Below are positions 8,001-12,291 of a stretch of DNA of 12,291 nt, in pieces. Under the pieces are notes generated by a model. That model saw only the letters and a list, made by a program, of their open reading frames with translations, was not told the origin of the DNA and ran no database searches. Source of the DNA: Tubiluchus corallicola (taxonomy: Eukaryota > Animalia > Priapulida); NCBI GenBank assembly GCA_030141605.1, contig JAQGDQ010002163.1:1-12291 (forward strand). Reading direction: 5' to 3'. How positions within the stretch are numbered: position 1 is the stretch's first letter; every line of letters begins with the position of its first letter. The position numbers and the translations under genes were made by a program.

Positions 8001-11000
8001 CGTGCCCATTTAAGCTAAAAAGCACACCAATTTTTGCAAATGTTCAGTTTAAAGGAAAGCACAAGTCGACTGACATGTTGGGTTTATTTTACTGCTATTA
8101 CTTAAGGGGGAAAAAGCCGATCTTAAAGTATGTCGAAAAAAACTTCCCACACAAAGTCACATTAATTAGCATTACGCTTACCTCTTGGACGATCTTAAAG
8201 TACGTCCAAAAAACTTCCCACACAAAGTTACATTAATTAGCATTACGCTTACCTCTTGGACGATCTTAAAGTGCGTCCAAAAAAACTTCCCACACAAAGT
8301 TACATTAATTAGCATTATGCTTACCTGTTTGAAAGATTTATGCAATTAGAAAAGAAAATTCTTAATAATTCAAAATATTCGCGCCACCTAGTAAAGCGGC
8401 ACTGTATCGCCATCCCAGTGTGCACCAGTCACTTACCAAAAAAAAACACATCGTTGTTATTACTGACCAAATAAAATAATTTAAAGTTTTTCTTTGTTTG
8501 AAATGACTTATCCTTAAAATGGTCGTGCCTAGGTTTTATACAGGGTTACTACTCAAGCAAGTTCTGTGCACAATAAGACAGCATGAAAGTGATATAAAAT
8601 TTCAAGACGACTTTTTTAAGCTTTATAAAGAGTATTTTCTTGTGCATCAAACTTCAGACAAGGTTCAGGCTAGTGGTGGCTACTATTTACTTGAAAATTA
8701 TAACATAACTGGGGGGGGGGGGACTTGTAAGCACATTGTGGCCTTCAGTAAGCTCTCGCTTGTTAAAGTAATTCAAACTTCTGAGCTTGCCGAACAGTCA
8801 TGCAAAAATATCACGAATTTAATTATCTGACTATCTGCAAAAACTGATTAAACTTTTAAACTTTTGAACTAGTAAAATCACTTTTGAACGACGTCATCGG
8901 AAGAAGAATTGACATTGAAAATTGAGCGCCCATCTGTGAAATGAGGGCGACTTTAAAGTGATTTTACTAATTACACGAGGAGGCGCTCATAGCAGTTTTT
9001 TTAACTAAATCCTTCTAACATTCTTGGCGAACATTGAAGTTTGGTTTGTTTTTTGTTGGTTTTAATATTCAAGTTTAAATAAAAAAAACATTTAATGACA
9101 CGTTTTGAATATCCGACATACGAACACGATGACACCTACTCAAATCATAATTTCATTTTTCCTAGACCGTACTAAATTAGTTTATATTTTATTTTTTGAA
9201 TTTCTAGTTGCACTTATAGTTTAGCTTGCACCAGACGCATTTGCCCAGAACAGTGTATGTTTTTTTTCATATGAACTAACACTGATTGTCTGTCCTGTAT
9301 TATGATGGTCAATGTTTTAAAATGGCAAATAAAGATTTTACTACTACTACTACTACTACTTAACGTGTCGTGATTTCATTTTTATCAAACCCATGGTGGC
9401 AAGGATACACATAAAATGTTATAATCATGATTTGTTTGCTTGCAAGCCAGAACAGTCCATAAGTCGGCATCGTTAAAACTACCTTATGATGCTTCATACT
9501 AGAAAGCACCAATAATTTAGCCAAATGTCAATTTTTTATTTTTTATGAAAACAAATGCTAAATATATTGGACTTTTATATTCTAGCATCAAATTATCAGG
9601 AAAATGTCCAAAAAATACTAAAAATCTAATTTTATAACTCCTTAGACACTTTTCTGTCTAGAAACCAGAACTGCATTTGTAAAAACACTTGTATTTTCTA
9701 ACTCCGATTGTAGCTCGTGGAAGCAGCCATTTTGCTTCGGGTTTTTTCTGCTGACAAGACCAGATCTTCGTCAGGAAGAGCCATCTACTGGATTTAAACG
9801 TAACTACAATTTGCTCTTGTAAAATCCATAGCAACCACACTTTCGTACGGTTGCTAAGTGTTTTGTAGAGACGCGACAAAAAACAATGGCTGACCTTAAC
9901 AATGATTTTCTCAAGATTATGTTTTTCAGTGTGCAGTCTGCACCTCAACTTCAATGTGGATTATCTCAGCTTAGAAATAACATAGAGAGATGAGCTTGGT
10001 ATCAAAATGATCCTCATGAAATGGAGATTCAGGAGATGTGAATAACTAGAAAACGTTAATTGCCGACTTGTGGACGATTTTGCTATGCAAGCACACACTA
10101 ATGATCATTTATAAGCGCTAGAATCAGAGCTTATTTAACTAAAAGGTACCAAGCTGGCTGCTGCATACCCACTTTCTAAATGTTACATTCATAGGCAAAA
10201 ATGTGAACAAGCCAGGTTCTTGTACAAAATAAAATGGTACAACGTCTGACCACGTTATTTCATTAAACGTGACAAAATTTTCATGTCCAACTAAACTGAT
10301 ACCAGGCAGGTGTTTTTTAGTTAACACTAGGGTGAGCATCGAATGTTCGAATTCGATTCAAACCTAATGTTATAGATTCGAATCATTCAGCACTTCAGTC
10401 ATTAAAATGTTTGAAACATCATAAACGTTAAAACACGGTTTAGCTGCAGTTTCTGTGCAAACTTTTTCACAAACTAACAGTGGTTTTACTGCAGAACAAA
10501 ATCAAGTAACATGCACGATCTTTGTAAGACCACTTTTTACTAGAGGTTCGAAAATTTGTTCGAAAATCTTTCAATCTCAATTCGAATTCAATTCGGTTTC
10601 GAAATAATGGAATTTGGTTCGATTCGAATTCGAAATACTGAAATTCGGTTCGATTCGCATTCGAAGTACTGAAATTCGGTTCGATTCGAAATTGAAAGTT
10701 GCAAATTCGATTCGACTCGATTCCAATTCACTTTCCGGTAAAGAACGCTCACCCCTCGTGAAAAGTACATCAATTTCACAACAAAATTTAGCAAAACTAG
10801 GGTAAAACAGATTTACATGTTGCTCTACCCCTTTTTACCACGTATGTTGAACCGCTCAAGATGCGGCTCTCACCTGACATTTGAAGAACGTAGCGTAAAA
10901 GAATTACCAGGTAACTGGAGGGCCCAGTTTTCAATATTAAACAGCATTTCGTTGGTAAGTGTGCTCATAGCCATGAGAAGCCCGGCAGGTGGGCTTCCAA

Positions 11001-11063
11001 CCTGCTGAGAATAAAGCTTGCGATCTTTCTGTATAGACATCAGCCTGTTAAGGTAAATCCAAC
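4738..11063 (-). CDS. Spliced nuclear receptor gene, 3' part: divergent estrogen-related receptor (ERR/NR3B)-like ligand-binding domain; join(complement 11063-10908, 7601-7459, 6024-5898, 5036-4738); 5' exons outside the window
   Basis: Four exons with canonical AG/GT ends join in frame (phases 1,0,1). The product has LBD signatures: NWALQLPG|FGEFSETDQTQLLQSGWGELIIL, EEYAALRALMLFNC|D, LLLSLPVLR and IPMDRLFSRMLE. These are colinear with recalled ERR motifs (WAKHIPGF..DQ..LLQSAWMEILIL; EEFVTLKAIALANSD; LPLLR; VPMHKLFLEMLE). Confidence 0.9.
5898..6024 (-). CDS. Nuclear receptor LBD exon, helices 6-8 (AFRSIDSEPMYP...EEYAALRALMLFNC), 127 nt, phase 0/1
   Basis: Acceptor ttcattttag|GCA at 6025/6024; donor TGTG|gtgagc at 5898/5897; helix-8 motif EEYxxLxAL.L.N. 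Confidence 0.9.
6347..6385 (-). ncRNA. Minimal type I hammerhead-ribozyme-like motif, sense to the host pre-mRNA
   Basis: CCA-CUGAUGA-U-GACAG-CAGCAGU-CUGUC-GAAA-UGUU-UGG: stem I CCA/UGG, 5-bp stem II, both conserved core boxes, vestigial stem III. Confidence 0.6.
6643..6681 (+). ncRNA. Minimal type I hammerhead-ribozyme-like motif, second and weaker copy
   Basis: CCA-CUGAUGA-U-GAC-AGCAGCAGCUA-GUC-GAAA-UGUU-UGG; stem II only 3 bp. Confidence 0.5.
6910..7542. repeat. 112-bp tandem array (about 5.6 copies) made of 84 nt of exon end plus 28 nt of intron start
   Basis: gaacaagtcttcacac starts at 6911, 7023, 7135, 7247, 7359 and 7471. The last copy overlaps the real coding exon. Confidence 0.97.
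7459..7601 (-). CDS. Nuclear receptor LBD exon, helices 4-5 and beta-turn (FGEFSETDQ...EDLFMGIE), 143 nt, phase 1/0
   Basis: Acceptor atttttgcag|GTTTT at 7602/7601; donor GAG|gtgagt at 7459/7458; DQxxLL..W.EL.IL motif. Confidence 0.9.
8118..8326. repeat. Tandem repeat, about 71-72-bp unit, 3 copies; an older diverged copy lies at about 7820-7930
   Basis: gatcttaaagt at 8119, 8191 and 8262. The stretch 7822-7930 resembles 8268-8385 (cgtcc.aaaaaactt.cc...ttacctg.t.gaaaga.ttatg.aa.tagaaa). Confidence 0.9.
8870..8969. mobile_element. Short inverted-repeat element (MITE-like), 100 bp
   Basis: TAGTAAAATCACTTT (8870-8884) and AAAGTGATTTTACTA (8955-8969) are perfect 15-bp inverted repeats with TA at the outer ends. 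Confidence 0.55.
9110..9360 (+). mobile_element. 3' end fragment of a LINE (CR1/L2-like) with a (TAC)7 tail
   Basis: AATAAA at 9328-9333 is followed by (TAC)7 at 9339-9359. Upstream is a weak remnant peptide (HDDTYSNHNFIFPRP). The 5' boundary is approximate. Confidence 0.45.
10328..10757. mobile_element. hAT-like MITE with subterminal TTCGA/TCGAA arrays
   Basis: Termini TAGGGTGAGC and GCTCACCCCTC are imperfectly inverted. The 8-bp flanks gttaacac/gtgaaaag match 5/8. Dense TTCGAA/TTCGATTCG motifs, with a ~31-bp internal repeat at about 10610-10695. Confidence 0.6.
10908..11063 (-). CDS. Nuclear receptor LBD exon, helices 1-3 (WIYLNRLMSIQ...NEMLFNIENWALQLPG), 156 nt, phase 1/1
   Basis: Acceptor tcgtttctttccag|GT at 11064/11063; donor CCTG|gtaatt at 10908/10907; open frame ending in the WAxxLPG signature. 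Confidence 0.85.
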
Positions 11064-11173
11064 CTGGAAAGAAACGACTATCAACTTTCACATTAACTAA
11101 ACCAGGCGTAGGCTATCGATTTTCACAAAAGTTTTAAATTTTATCGAAATAGGGGAATCGCTTTCTAATAAGA

Positions 11174-11284
11174 AATAATAATGCCAATGATACAATAAAC
11201 ATAATTACGAATTTTTTTGGGGACCTTTTGACGGTCATAGACAATAATAATGCCAACGACACGACAATCATAGTTACGAAATTT
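11174..11284. repeat. Diverged direct duplication (about 42 bp, period 69)
   Basis: aataataatgccaa.ga.ac.a.aa.cata.ttacgaa at 11174 and 11243. Confidence 0.75.
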
Positions 11285-11641
11285 CTGAATGTCCAAAATG
11301 CTTTAATTATTGCACGCCTTCCTGTCTAAATCTTACACTATCACCCCAAACAAGGCAAGCTTGCGAATGGAAAGCGTTCTCGTGCTGGAGGCCGCCATTT
11401 TGCTCTTTCAAAATGTCCGCATACAAAAACAATACCTCATTTCGACTGCTAACAATGTGGAAAGATAGATGACAGCAGAGAAAAGAAAGAAACAGAGAAA
11501 CAGTGCCAGCAAAACAAAAAACAATTAGAAAATATAGAAATTGCAACGGTTTATTACATTGGCGAGTGCAAAAAACTTCCTTTTCTTATGTCAATACGTT
11601 ACAGGAAGCCTTTTCACAGTTTCACACGCACGGATGCTTGT

Positions 11642-11732
11642 AGGTCAAAGGTTAGGCAAACCCTAGCAGCGCGTCTTAGCTATAACCATCACATGACGTG
11701 TATATAAAGCAAAGTCGTCTGTGGCATCAGTT
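11642..11732 (+). promoter_or_regulatory. Candidate Pol II core promoter, antisense to the receptor gene
   Basis: DR1-like AGGTCA-A-AGGTTA at 11642-11654; TGACGTG at 11694-11700; TATATAAA at 11701-11708; Inr-like TCAGTT at 11727-11732, with its A 28 nt from the TATA start. Confidence 0.4.
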
Positions 11733-12045
11733 AGTAACTTAAGTTGTTTTGCGTGGACTTTATACTTAGACTAGCTGTTAAAACTGTTACTATTCTATTA
11801 CAACAGCAAGGGCTGTGAGGTGTTGTCAAGTGTATGCAAATGTGTCGTCTGGTTCACTTAACCTTCGGCCGCTTCACGATCACCATCAATCGTTGGAACT
11901 GTGAAAAGGCTTATTAATGACTACATAGTTCTAACAAGAGCTGTTTTAGATCAACGAGCAACAGTTGCAAATATGAGCAGAAATGTAGACGACAAGATGA
12001 AAAAGTGAAATTATTCCGTCGACGGTTAACATGCCAACAGCATTA

Positions 12046-12272
12046 AAATAATAACAATTTCGTTTAGGTCACAGTCCAAGGATAACATAAGTAACTCAAT
12101 ACTTATTTCCAAGGTGGTCCCGATTATTATTACCCGCATGTTACTTTAATAAACCCGCGTGCTTGATCGAACAACCAGCAGTACCGTTTTTCAAGTCTTT
12201 GGTATGATTCAATCGGGAGTACGACTCCCGGGAGGTAAGCTAGCACGCTACCATTGAGGTACGCTACCCGGT
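12046..12272 (-). mobile_element. tRNA-derived SINE, probably MetaSINE-type
   Basis: The minus strand shows an A-box-like TACCTCAATGG (12261-12251) and a T-arm-like hairpin GGGAGTCGTACTCCC (12229-12215). Then comes CATACCAAAGACTTGAAAAACGGTAC (12206-12181), which I recall as the conserved Meta-domain-like core, and a TTA-like tail near 12046-12056. Boundaries approximate. Confidence 0.6.
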
Positions 12273-12291
12273 ACCTCGACTTAGCATTGAT

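Noticed and set aside
9891-9899. ERRE (TTAAGGTCA, minus strand) as an autoregulatory site
   Set aside because: A single match with 8 fixed bases is plausible by chance in 12 kb.
9400-10140. Possible further DNA-transposon fragment
   Set aside because: I could not identify terminal repeats or a target-site duplication.
10340-10725. Heat-shock element array
   Set aside because: TTCGAA mostly lacks the 2-nt spacing of nGAAnnTTCn; better explained as MITE subterminal motifs.
11437-11500. Microexon after a pyrimidine tract (ag|CAGTCGAAATGAG|gtattg, minus strand)
   Set aside because: The length is 10 or 13 nt with a weak donor, and phase compatibility cannot be established.
12214-12272. tRNA gene
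   Set aside because: No full cloverleaf and a degenerate B-box; it fits a SINE head instead.

Overview
AT-rich animal genomic DNA, probably from an invertebrate (an ascidian or other deuterostome is a guess). The only protein-coding content I can support is the last four exons of a minus-strand nuclear receptor gene: 11063-10908, 7601-7459, 6024-5898 and 5036-4738. They splice with GT-AG sites in consistent phases (1,0,1) into a complete but very divergent estrogen-related-receptor (ERR/NR3B)-like ligand-binding domain; the DNA-binding-domain exons are not in the window. This domain has lost both coactivator charge-clamp residues and carries an acidic C-terminal tail with a CoRNR-box-like motif. 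The introns hold a 112-bp tandem array built from the gene's own exon end and donor site, which could yield in-frame 57-nt cassettes. They also hold an inverted pair of Penelope-like terminal repeats each with a minimal hammerhead-ribozyme-like motif, candidate AG|GT recursive splice sites, MITEs, a LINE 3' end, a SINE and an antisense TATA/Inr core promoter. Downstream of the gene lie minisatellites and a hAT-like element with a nested Tigger-like MITE. Most ORFs in the supplied track are spurious. All protein comparisons use human ERRgamma and ERalpha sequences recalled from memory, not database searches.
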